Shown one piece after another: positions 9,584 to 18,765 of a stretch of DNA of 64,000 nt. Each line of letters opens with the position of its first letter. Within the stretch, counting starts at the first letter, position 1. The stretch lies in NCBI GenBank assembly GCA_965247115.1, contig CBDFGR010000002.1, positions 1,152,001 through 1,216,000 of the forward strand. Direction: 5' to 3'. The stretch comes from Myxococcota bacterium. GTDB lineage: Bacteria > Myxococcota_A > UBA9160 > SZUA-336. Under the pieces are notes generated by a model. That model worked only from the letters and a program-made list of their open reading frames with translations. It made no database searches and was not told the DNA's origin. The position numbers and the translations under genes are program-made.

Positions 9584-10378
9584 GTGCCTCCCCTGCTCCC
9601 CCACTTCGAGGTCCATCCCGGCCGGGGTCCCTACGTGCTGCTGGTGCACGGGATCATCTCGAGCCGCGAGCAGTGGTGCCTCAACCTCGGCGCCCTTTCC
9701 GAGGTCTGCAGCCCGGTGGTGGTCGAGCTGTTCGGGCACGGCCGCTCTCCCGCTCCCGACGAGCTCGCCGCCTACCACCCCGACCGCTACATCGACGCCT
9801 TCGAGCAGATCCGTGCGGAGCTGGGACAGGAGCGCTGGATCGCGGTCGGTCAGTCGCTCGGTGCCGCCCTCACGCTGCGTTACGCGCTACACCACCCGGC
9901 GCGCGTGGCGGCCCACATCCTCACGAACTCCAGCTCGGCCTTCGCCGAGCCCGCGTGGGAAGAGCGGCTCAAACCCGCCATGGAGGCCTTGCTGCGAGAC
10001 GTGGAGCGCGAGGGCGCAGCAGCCCTCGAGCGGATGCCGATCCATCCCCGACACGGCCGGCGCCTTCCCGCGCACGTCAAGTCGCGCCTGCTCGAGGAGA
10101 CGAAGCTGCACGACCCGCGGGGCGTAGCTCTCGGGCTGCTCGGGACGGCTGCGAAGTCGGGCATGGGGGATCAGCTGGAGCGCAACCGGGTACCGACGCT
10201 CTTGCTGTGCGGCGCACAGGAGAAGCGCTTCGAGGCGCATCGACGCAGGGCGGAGGAGCGCATGCCGCTGCTCGAGGTCGTGGAGCTCGCCGCCGCCCAC
10301 GCCGTGAACCTGGAGGCGCACGCGGAGTTCAACCGCAGAGCCGTGGAGTTCGTGTCGCGTCACGCACGCGGGCTATGA
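9584..10378 (+). CDS. Alpha/beta hydrolase (MenH-like)
   Basis: LLVHG, ELFGHGRS, GQSLG nucleophile elbow, AHAVNLE catalytic His. Confidence 0.85.
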   Translation: MPPLLPHFEVHPGRGPYVLLVHGIISSREQWCLNLGALSEVCSPVVVELFGHGRSPAPDELAAYHPDRYIDAFEQIRAELGQERWIAVGQSLGAALTLRYALHHPARVAAHILTNSSSAFAEPAWEERLKPAMEALLRDVEREGAAALERMPIHPRHGRRLPAHVKSRLLEETKLHDPRGVALGLLGTAAKSGMGDQLERNRVPTLLLCGAQEKRFEAHRRRAEERMPLLEVVELAAAHAVNLEAHAEFNRRAVEFVSRHARGL

Positions 10379-10409
10379 TGCCCGCACCGAACACGAGGAG
10401 AAGCAGAGC

Positions 10410-11555
10410 GTGAACCATCCCGTGATCTCGGCCGATGGCCACATCGACTTCCCCCTGCTCCCCGAGACACTCTGGATCGACAACGCACCCGAAAAGCTGC
10501 GAGGCCGGATGCCGAAGGTCGTCGACTCGGAGCGGGGACGCATCTGGCAGGCCGCCAATGGCACATCGCTGGGGCTCGTCGGCGGCATGGGCTCCGCGGG
10601 TCGGCCCTACTTGCCAGGCGAGATCCATCGCTCCGACCGCATGGCCGAGCAGGGACTCTACCGGGACCAGAGCAGCGGGGTCATGCGACCCGCGATTCCC
10701 GAGCTGCGTGTTCGCGATCAGGAGCTCGACGGTGTCCGAGGGGAGGTGATCTACGGGATCCTCGGCGCGGCATCCCGCCTGAACGATGCGGAGGTCACGG
10801 ACGCGGTCGTGCGCATCTACAACGACTGGCTGTCCGAGTTCTGCCGCAAGGCGCCGGGGCGTTTTGCCGGAATCGGCTGTCTGTCTTCGGGCTCTCCCGA
10901 TGCTGCGGCCGTGGAGCTGCGCCGCTGCGCGGAGCTCGGGCTCAAGGGAGCCGAGCTCGGCATGTCCCACGACATGCTGCCGCTCTGGCACCCGGACTGG
11001 GAGCCCATCTGGGTCGCGGCCGCCGAGACGGGGGTTCCCGTTCACATCCACACGATCGGACCGCAAGCCGACACGCGCTGGCTGCGCGACCCGAGCACGT
11101 ATCGCCCCTGGCTGGCCACGCACATGAGCGCCTTCCAGATCCCGATGATGGCGGTCACCGCAGCCGTGATCTTCGGGGGAGCCCTCGATCGACACCCCGC
11201 GCTTCGCGTGGTGATCGGAGAGGCGGGGATCGGCTGGCTCCCGTACGCGCTCGAACGCTTCGATGTCGAGTGGGAGGAGCAGTTCCAGGACCTGATCCCA
11301 CGCCCGCCCAGCGAGTACTGGCGCGGCCAGATGTTCGCCACCTTCCAGATCGACCGGACCGGACTGGCCAACCTGGAAGGGATCGGCGAGGACACCGTGA
11401 TGTGGGGCTCGGACTTCCCGCACCCGGATGGGACCTGGCCCGACTCGCTGGAGATCCTGGAGCCTCAGCTCGCGGGGTTGGGGGAATCCACACGGCGCAA
11501 GGTCCTGTACGAGAACGCTCGCCGGCTTTACGGCTTCCCGAGCGAGACGGTCTGA
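10410..11555 (+). CDS. Amidohydrolase_2 family metal-dependent hydrolase
   Basis: ISADGH, YNDWLSEFC, PVHIH, EAGIGW, MWGSDFPHPD, ENARRLY. Confidence 0.9.
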   Translation: MNHPVISADGHIDFPLLPETLWIDNAPEKLRGRMPKVVDSERGRIWQAANGTSLGLVGGMGSAGRPYLPGEIHRSDRMAEQGLYRDQSSGVMRPAIPELRVRDQELDGVRGEVIYGILGAASRLNDAEVTDAVVRIYNDWLSEFCRKAPGRFAGIGCLSSGSPDAAAVELRRCAELGLKGAELGMSHDMLPLWHPDWEPIWVAAAETGVPVHIHTIGPQADTRWLRDPSTYRPWLATHMSAFQIPMMAVTAAVIFGGALDRHPALRVVIGEAGIGWLPYALERFDVEWEEQFQDLIPRPPSEYWRGQMFATFQIDRTGLANLEGIGEDTVMWGSDFPHPDGTWPDSLEILEPQLAGLGESTRRKVLYENARRLYGFPSETV

Positions 11556-11651
11556 ACCATCCGCGAGCTCCCACCCACTTCGACCCGGGGCTGGCGCTCC
11601 GCGGTCGCGTCGCTGTCGAACGTCCAGTTCCGCTGGCTCTATTCCAGCAAC

Positions 11652-12830
11652 ATGGCCTTCTTCTTCGCGATGAGCGGGCAGGGCCTGGTTCGCTCCTGGC
11701 TGGCCTTCGAGCTGACCGGTAGCGAGCTGGCGCTCGGTCTCATGGGCGCGGCGGTGGCCGCCCCCATGCTCCTGGTCGCGCCCGTCGGGGGCGTGATCGC
11801 GGATCGCCTCGAGCGCCGCAACTTGATCCTCGCCGGACAGGCATTGGTGGTCGCGACCGAGCTCGGGATCCTGCTGCTCCTCATCGCCGGCGCGCTTGAG
11901 TTCTGGCACCTCCTCGCGGCCGCTACGCTGATGGGCTGCGTGTTCCCGTTCATCATGCCTGCGCGTCAGGCGATCGTCGTGAACATCGTCGGCAAAGTCG
12001 GGCTCCCGAACGCCATGGCGCTACACATGGGCGGTATGAATGCCTCCCGCGTCGTCGGTCCCGCCTCCGCCGGCTTACTGATCGGCGCGCTCGGCATCGA
12101 GGGAACCTACATCATGGGCCTCGGCCTCTACCTCGTCGGGGTCGGGTGCATGCTCCGGGTCCATCGCTCCCACCCGATCGGGGTCTCGGGACCCCTCGCC
12201 ATCGGCGAGGACATGCTCGACGGTCTGCGCTATCTGGGGCAGCAGCGGCAGGTCGCCGTGCTGCTCCTGTTCGGACTGGTACCGATGTTCCTGGCGATGC
12301 CCTTTCAGACGCTGCTGGTGGTCTTCGCCACGGAGGTCTGGGACGAGGGCCCCACAGGCCTGGGCATCCTCAGCGCCGTCGCGGGGACGGGAGGCGTCCT
12401 GGGCTCCGTCATCCTCGCCTGGCAGGGACCCACGAATCGCAGGCTCAGGCAGATGATGACGAGCGTGCTCCTCTTCGGCTCGTTCCTGCTCCTGTTCTCG
12501 GTCTCGCCCTACTTTCTGCTCGCGCTGCCATTGGTCTTCATTGCCAACATTTTTGGCAGTATCTTCTCTACAGTGAACAACACCGCGATCCAGCTGATCA
12601 TTCCAGATCATGTCCGAGGTCGAATCTCGAGCTTCCTCATGATGTCGTTCTCGCTGCCGCTGTTGGGAACGCTGCCGCTGAGCGCAGTCGCCGAGATCTA
12701 CGGCGCGCCACTCGCTGTTGGACTGTCTTCTCTCCTCGCGATGGGCGTTGCCCTCATCTTTTACGCTGCAAGCCCTGCGCTCCGGAACCTGGACCGGGGG
12801 GTGCGCCGGGCGCTCGAGGAGGGATCGTGA
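11652..12830 (+). CDS. MFS transporter (DHA3-like); true start probably further upstream
   Basis: GGVIADRLERR motif A, 12 TM pattern, PDHVRGRISS. Confidence 0.9.
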   Translation: MAFFFAMSGQGLVRSWLAFELTGSELALGLMGAAVAAPMLLVAPVGGVIADRLERRNLILAGQALVVATELGILLLLIAGALEFWHLLAAATLMGCVFPFIMPARQAIVVNIVGKVGLPNAMALHMGGMNASRVVGPASAGLLIGALGIEGTYIMGLGLYLVGVGCMLRVHRSHPIGVSGPLAIGEDMLDGLRYLGQQRQVAVLLLFGLVPMFLAMPFQTLLVVFATEVWDEGPTGLGILSAVAGTGGVLGSVILAWQGPTNRRLRQMMTSVLLFGSFLLLFSVSPYFLLALPLVFIANIFGSIFSTVNNTAIQLIIPDHVRGRISSFLMMSFSLPLLGTLPLSAVAEIYGAPLAVGLSSLLAMGVALIFYAASPALRNLDRGVRRALEEGS

Positions 12831-13465
12831 TCATCACCATCTCGCGTCAGTACGCATGTGGAAGTACAGAGATCGCGCAACTGGTGGCCGACGTGCTCGG
12901 CTGGAACGTGGTCGACAACCGCTTCGTCGAAGAGGTCGGCGCCCGCGCGGACCTCCCACCCGAAGAGGTTGCGCTCCATGAGGAACGGGCGCCGACCTTC
13001 GTAGAGCGCTTCGCGCGCTCTACCGCCCTGGCGTCCCCCGAGCTCTTCCTGCCGGCCACCGGCGCGCTCGAGGAGTTCGGAGAGGACAAGCTGATCAAGA
13101 TCACCCGCAGCCTCGTCGCCGAGCTCGCGGTCGAGGGACGCGTCGTCATCGTGGGAAGGGCGGGCGCCGCCGTCCTGGAGACGAAAGAGGGCGTCATGCA
13201 CACGCGCCTCGTCGCGCCCCGTGAGGTTCGGATCCGCCGGGCGATCGAGCGTGCGGGCCACGCCCCCGCCGAGGCGCCGCGCATCGTGGACGAGTGGGAC
13301 CGGAACCGGCAGCGCTACTACAGGGAATACTACGATCGGGACTGGAACGATCCGGCGATCTACCACATGGTTCTGAACACCGGGGTGCTCGGGTTCCAGG
13401 GCGCCGCGGACCTGATCGTGTCGCACGCGCGCGCGCTGGGTTGGTGCGAAGCGGGGGGGAGTTGA
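12827..13465 (+). CDS. Cytidylate kinase-like family protein (Cytidylate_kin2)
   Basis: IITISRQYACGSTEIA, VIVGRAG, DRNRQRYY, YHMVLNTG; GTGA overlap with MFS stop. Confidence 0.85.
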   Translation: MIITISRQYACGSTEIAQLVADVLGWNVVDNRFVEEVGARADLPPEEVALHEERAPTFVERFARSTALASPELFLPATGALEEFGEDKLIKITRSLVAELAVEGRVVIVGRAGAAVLETKEGVMHTRLVAPREVRIRRAIERAGHAPAEAPRIVDEWDRNRQRYYREYYDRDWNDPAIYHMVLNTGVLGFQGAADLIVSHARALGWCEAGGS

Positions 13466-15063
13466 TGACGAGGGTCGGGATCTATGGCTGGGGAATCGTG
13501 GCGCCACGCTCACCGAACGTGGAGGCCTTTGCCGCGAACCTGGAGAGCTCCGACAGCTGGCTCTCCCCCTTCGACGGCTTCGGCCCGAGCACGTTCCTCG
13601 CAGGCGAGCCGGAGTTCGACTTCGCAACCTACCGCCCCTGGATCGACGAGCGCTTTCCCGCCAGCAAGTTCCCGCAGCTCGAGCAGAAGATGGGGATGAT
13701 GATCCAGTACGGGCTTGGCGCGTTCATCCAGGCCCTGGGACAAAATCCTGGACTCGAGCAGACGCTGCAGGAGCTCGGCACGGAGACGCAAATCCTGATC
13801 GGAACGGGCTTGGGTCAGCTCCCGACGGACTACGACTGCAGCATCGAGCTCTACCGGGCGCAGCGGCGCTGGGATCGCTTCTGGGCCGACGCCTCGCGCA
13901 ACTCGGACAGGAACCGCTACGAGGGGCTCGACGCCAGCGGCCGGCGCAGCCTGCAGGAGGAGTGGAACATACCGGCGGATCCCGCCAGCGCCGAAGCGTC
14001 CGCGCACGACGTAGAGGAGCGCGAGGATCTCGAGGCAGAATGGAACGCCTTCTGGCTGCGCCGCTCCGACGGGCTCGCCGAGTACCTGCAGGCCTTCAAC
14101 GAGATCGAGTCGGAGGGCGTGGTGGGCGCCGTCGAGCGGGGGAAGCTCGGACTCATCCGCCGCAAGCGAGCCGCGCTGGATCGACTGCAGAGCAAGTGGA
14201 GCTGTCCCACGCCTCCCTGGCTGTCCGTCTCTCCCGACCTGCTCTGGAACATCTCCAACATCCCGGCTGCGCAGATCTCGATGCTGGGACGCCTCACGGG
14301 CCCGGCCTACGCGCCCGTTGCCGCCTGCTCGAGCTTCGGCGTGGGCCTGGACCTGGGCCGCCGGGCGATCCAGTCAGGGGTCGCAAAAGCGGTTGTCGTG
14401 GGCGCGACGGATCCGCCGCCGCACCCGCTCACCGTGGGCGCCTTCTACAGGGCCAACGTGCTGGCCGCGAACCGCAGCGCCTCGGTCCCGATGACCGACC
14501 TGCGCGGCACTCACGTGGCGGGCGGCGCCTGCGTCTGGATCCTGGGCGATCGGGACTACATGAGCGCGCGCGGCTACCAGCCGCTAGGCCTAGAGATCCT
14601 CGGGACGGGCGTTACCTCCGACGCCGACCACATCATCACGCCGTCCGAGAGGGGTCCCCAGGAGGCCATGCAGGCGGCACTCGCGAGTGCCGGGGTCGAC
14701 GACGTCTCGGAGCTCGGGTCCTGGGACCTGCATGCCACGGGCACCCCTGGCGACTTTCGCGAGGTCGCGAATCTCAAGGAGATCCTGCCGGAGGTGGTCG
14801 CAATCACGGCGCGCAAAGGCACCTTCGGGCACGGCATGTCGGTGGGCGGTGGCTGGGAGCTGACGGCCCAGCACCTTGGGCTGGTGAACGGACAACTCTT
14901 CCCATCGCCTCTCACCGCGGAAACGCTGAATGCCGAGATCGGCGCGCTGCCCTTCCGCTACGTGCTCAGCGCCTCCCAGCCTGAGTCCGGCAGCATCGCC
15001 GGAAAGCTCTCGATGGGGATCGGCGGGATCAACGCCTGCGTCATCTCGCGCCGCTGGTCATGA
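13465..15063 (+). CDS. Beta-ketoacyl synthase (FabF/FabB-like, Cys-His-His) with large insertion
   Basis: AACSSF catalytic Cys, DLHATGTPGD, KGTFGHGMSVGG, SMGIGGINA; TGATG coupling. Confidence 0.85.
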   Translation: MTRVGIYGWGIVAPRSPNVEAFAANLESSDSWLSPFDGFGPSTFLAGEPEFDFATYRPWIDERFPASKFPQLEQKMGMMIQYGLGAFIQALGQNPGLEQTLQELGTETQILIGTGLGQLPTDYDCSIELYRAQRRWDRFWADASRNSDRNRYEGLDASGRRSLQEEWNIPADPASAEASAHDVEEREDLEAEWNAFWLRRSDGLAEYLQAFNEIESEGVVGAVERGKLGLIRRKRAALDRLQSKWSCPTPPWLSVSPDLLWNISNIPAAQISMLGRLTGPAYAPVAACSSFGVGLDLGRRAIQSGVAKAVVVGATDPPPHPLTVGAFYRANVLAANRSASVPMTDLRGTHVAGGACVWILGDRDYMSARGYQPLGLEILGTGVTSDADHIITPSERGPQEAMQAALASAGVDDVSELGSWDLHATGTPGDFREVANLKEILPEVVAITARKGTFGHGMSVGGGWELTAQHLGLVNGQLFPSPLTAETLNAEIGALPFRYVLSASQPESGSIAGKLSMGIGGINACVISRRWS

Positions 15064-15104
15064 AATCAGCTCCTCTTCGCGCTGGACCCGGTATCATTCC
15101 CCAC

Positions 15105-15353
15105 GTGCTGCCCCGTCTGGCCCTCGCGAGCGTGATCCTGCTTACAGGCTGCTTCCTCTGGGGAGGAGGCGAGGAGGAGCCGCGCAAGCGAACGGTCCTG
15201 TTCAGCGGCGGCGAAGAGGTCGAGGTCGTCGAGAGCCCGGGGCCCTGCCAGTGGGAGGGCCGCGCACACAGCGTGCGGACCAGGCGTTGTGACGAGGGGA
15301 CGTCCCGGGAGTGCCTCGAGGACGGCATCTGGCGCGTCACGGGGACCTGCTAG
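15105..15353 (+). CDS. Small Cys-rich lipoprotein
   Basis: Lipobox LTGC after hydrophobic stretch; four further Cys. Confidence 0.6.
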   Translation: MLPRLALASVILLTGCFLWGGGEEEPRKRTVLFSGGEEVEVVESPGPCQWEGRAHSVRTRRCDEGTSRECLEDGIWRVTGTC

Positions 15354-15356
15354 CGC

Positions 15357-16169
<813 letters not shown>

Positions 16170-16276
16170 GCTCGCACCCCAGGATCTTGGAGCAGCATGC
16201 GCCTCTGCGAGGGCGCCGAGCGTCTGCTACGGTCCTACAAGACTCGGGTGATCGCCCGAGCAAGGGGGGAGAGCAC

Positions 16277-16771
16277 ATGCTTGGCTGGCTACGTCGCTTC
16301 TCAGCGGTTTTCGTTCTCGTCGGCTTCGTTCCCGTCGCCACGACGAGCTGCTTCGGGACGTTCCAGCTCACGAGGAACCTCTACCAATTCAATCAAGAGG
16401 TGAATCCCGACAAGTGGATCCAGTGGTTCGTATTCCTGGTGCTCAGTATCAGCTACGGCCTGGCCTTCGTGATCGATGCTGTGGTCGCGAACTCCATGGA
16501 GTTCTGGAGCGGCCAGAACCCCATCACAGCCGACGCTGGGAGCGTGAAGGTGGTGAGAGGACCCAAGGGGGAAGTCGCCACGTTCACGTGGACGGAGGAG
16601 GGAACGGTGAACGTCGTCGTCGAGGGCGTGGCACCGGAGCCGCTCCACCTGACGCTCCGCACGGAGGCAAGGTCGCTCGGGGCCTGGGACGACGAGGGCA
16701 ACCTGCTCGCTCGCGTGACCGACGTCGGCGGCCAGCCCATGCTCGTCGGAGGCTCGGCGCTCGGGCGCTAG
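16277..16771 (+). CDS. DUF3332 family protein
   Basis: TSCFGTFQLTRNLYQFN...KW...D.VVANSMEFWSGQNP signature. Confidence 0.8.
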   Translation: MLGWLRRFSAVFVLVGFVPVATTSCFGTFQLTRNLYQFNQEVNPDKWIQWFVFLVLSISYGLAFVIDAVVANSMEFWSGQNPITADAGSVKVVRGPKGEVATFTWTEEGTVNVVVEGVAPEPLHLTLRTEARSLGAWDDEGNLLARVTDVGGQPMLVGGSALGR

Positions 16772-16937
16772 TCTCAGCGCAGTATTCGCGACCGCCCTCG
16801 ATCGGTACGTGTCCTGCGGCGCGCTCCACCACGTCGGCACGAGCGCAGCCCGACTATACTGCCGGGAGTTCCTGTTGAACTCGGATGGACGCTGGCCGCA
16901 TCATGGTCGCCAGGTGAGAGCAGGTCATCGCCGCAAC

Positions 16938-18752
16938 ATGGGAAACGAGGTCGGGGGGTTTGGGGGGCAAGCCGGGCGTATCGTCCCGCGCCGAACCATC
17001 AGCCAGGAACAGGACGTCGAGAGCCTCGATGTGTGGGGGTTTCGCGACAGTGCCTTCCGTATCAATGCGCTGGGCCATGTCGAGCTCACCGGCGCGCGCT
17101 ACGCGCTGAGCGGTCAGCAGCTGCCAGAGCTGCTGCCCTGGGTGCGCAGGACCATTGGGCTGGAGCTCGATCCACGCGACACCCATCCTTCGCAGTACCC
17201 GCCCGCCGTACCGCCCTCGCGCGCGAAGCCCGAGCTCACCGAGGAGCTGCGGAAGCTCCTCGGTCTTGACGCGGTCTCCGAAGAGCCGCTGCTCCGACTC
17301 CGCCACGCGCACGGACACACGCAGCAGGAGATGTACGCGATCAAGTACGGCGGGCTGGAGCGCGTTCCGGATCTGGTCGTCTTCCCTGGCCGCGAGGAAC
17401 AGGTCCTGGCGCTCGTGGAGCTCGCGACCACGCATGACGTTTGCCTCATCCCCTTCGGAGGCGGCACGAACGTGACCGAGGCCCTGCGCTGCCCCGCGCA
17501 CGACGAACGCACGATCGTCTCCGTCGATATGCGGCGTATGAACAGGATCTTGTGGATCGATCCGGAGAACCACGTCGCGCGCATCGAGGCAGGGGCCGTA
17601 GGGCGCGACATCGTCGCACAGCTCGAGAGCTTCGGCTTCACGATGGGCCACGAGCCCGATTCCATCGAGCTCTCCACGCTTGGCGGCTGGGTAGCAACCC
17701 ACGCCAGCGGGATGAAGAAGAACCGCTACGGGAACATCGAGGAGCTCGTGCTCGACGTGAACGTGGTCACGCCTCGCGGTCTGCTGTCGCGCTCGAGCGT
17801 CGCGCCCCGAGAATCGGTCGGAGCCGACCCACGTCGCTGGCTGCTCGGCTCGGAGGGAACTCTCGGCATCATCACGAGCGCAGCGGTCAAGATCTTCCCC
17901 ACGCCCGAGGTACAGCGCTACGGCTCCATCGCGTTCCCGAGCTTCTCCGCTGGAGTCGCCTTCATGTTCGAGCTGACACGCGAGGGGTCGCCGCCCGCCA
18001 GCGTTCGCCTGGTCGACAACCTGCAGTTCCAGTTCGGCCAGGTGCTCAAGCCGAGGGTGGAGGGCTGGCGCGCGCTCAGGAGCAGAGCCGAACGCTGGTT
18101 CGTGACGCGTGTGCGCGGCTTCGATCCAGATTCGATGGTCGCCTGCACGCTTGTCTTCGAGGGGCATGCGAGCGACGTCCGCGTACAGGAGAAGAGCGTC
18201 TACCGGATCGCGTCGCGCCACGGCGGCATGAAAGCCGGGAGCGAGAACGGCGAGCGCGGCTACCAGCTGACCTTCGGCATCGCGTACATCCGCGACTTCG
18301 TGATGAACCACTACATCCTCGGCGAATCTTTCGAGACCTCCGTCCCGTGGAGCCAGGTCGCCTCCCTGTGCGACAACGTGAAGCGGCGCCTGCGCGACGA
18401 GTACGAACAGCGGGGACTGCCCGGCAAGCCCTTCCTGACCTGCCGGATCACGCAGATCTACGAGACCGGTGCATGCGTGTACTTCTATTTCGCCTACTAC
18501 CACAAGGGCGTGGACCGACCGAGTGAGGTCTACGCCGAGATGGAACGAGCGGCCCGAGACGAGATCCTCCGCTCCGGCGGCTCTCTTTCTCACCATCACG
18601 GAGTGGGCAAGCTGCGCCAGGAATTCCTGCCAGAGATCATGTCGCCGGCTGCACTCGAGTGGACCCAGGAGCTCAAGCGAGCGATCGACCCGCAGAACAT
18701 CTTTGGATGCGCGAATCAACAGCCTCGCGGCGCAGGCGGAATCGAGCCTTGA
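16938..18752 (+). CDS. agpS: Alkyl-dihydroxyacetonephosphate synthase (AGPS/ADPS; FAD-linked)
   Basis: HGHTQQEMY, IPFGGGTNVT, GHEPDS.E.STLGGW.AT.ASGMKKN.YGNIE, GSEGTLGIIT, GYQLTF.IAYIRDF, ESFETSVPW, TCRITQ.Y..GACVYFYF, GGSLSHHHGVGKLR: all hallmark AGPS motifs. Confidence 0.92.
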   Translation: MGNEVGGFGGQAGRIVPRRTISQEQDVESLDVWGFRDSAFRINALGHVELTGARYALSGQQLPELLPWVRRTIGLELDPRDTHPSQYPPAVPPSRAKPELTEELRKLLGLDAVSEEPLLRLRHAHGHTQQEMYAIKYGGLERVPDLVVFPGREEQVLALVELATTHDVCLIPFGGGTNVTEALRCPAHDERTIVSVDMRRMNRILWIDPENHVARIEAGAVGRDIVAQLESFGFTMGHEPDSIELSTLGGWVATHASGMKKNRYGNIEELVLDVNVVTPRGLLSRSSVAPRESVGADPRRWLLGSEGTLGIITSAAVKIFPTPEVQRYGSIAFPSFSAGVAFMFELTREGSPPASVRLVDNLQFQFGQVLKPRVEGWRALRSRAERWFVTRVRGFDPDSMVACTLVFEGHASDVRVQEKSVYRIASRHGGMKAGSENGERGYQLTFGIAYIRDFVMNHYILGESFETSVPWSQVASLCDNVKRRLRDEYEQRGLPGKPFLTCRITQIYETGACVYFYFAYYHKGVDRPSEVYAEMERAARDEILRSGGSLSHHHGVGKLRQEFLPEIMSPAALEWTQELKRAIDPQNIFGCANQQPRGAGGIEP

Positions 18753-18765
18753 GCCCGAGCCGGCC

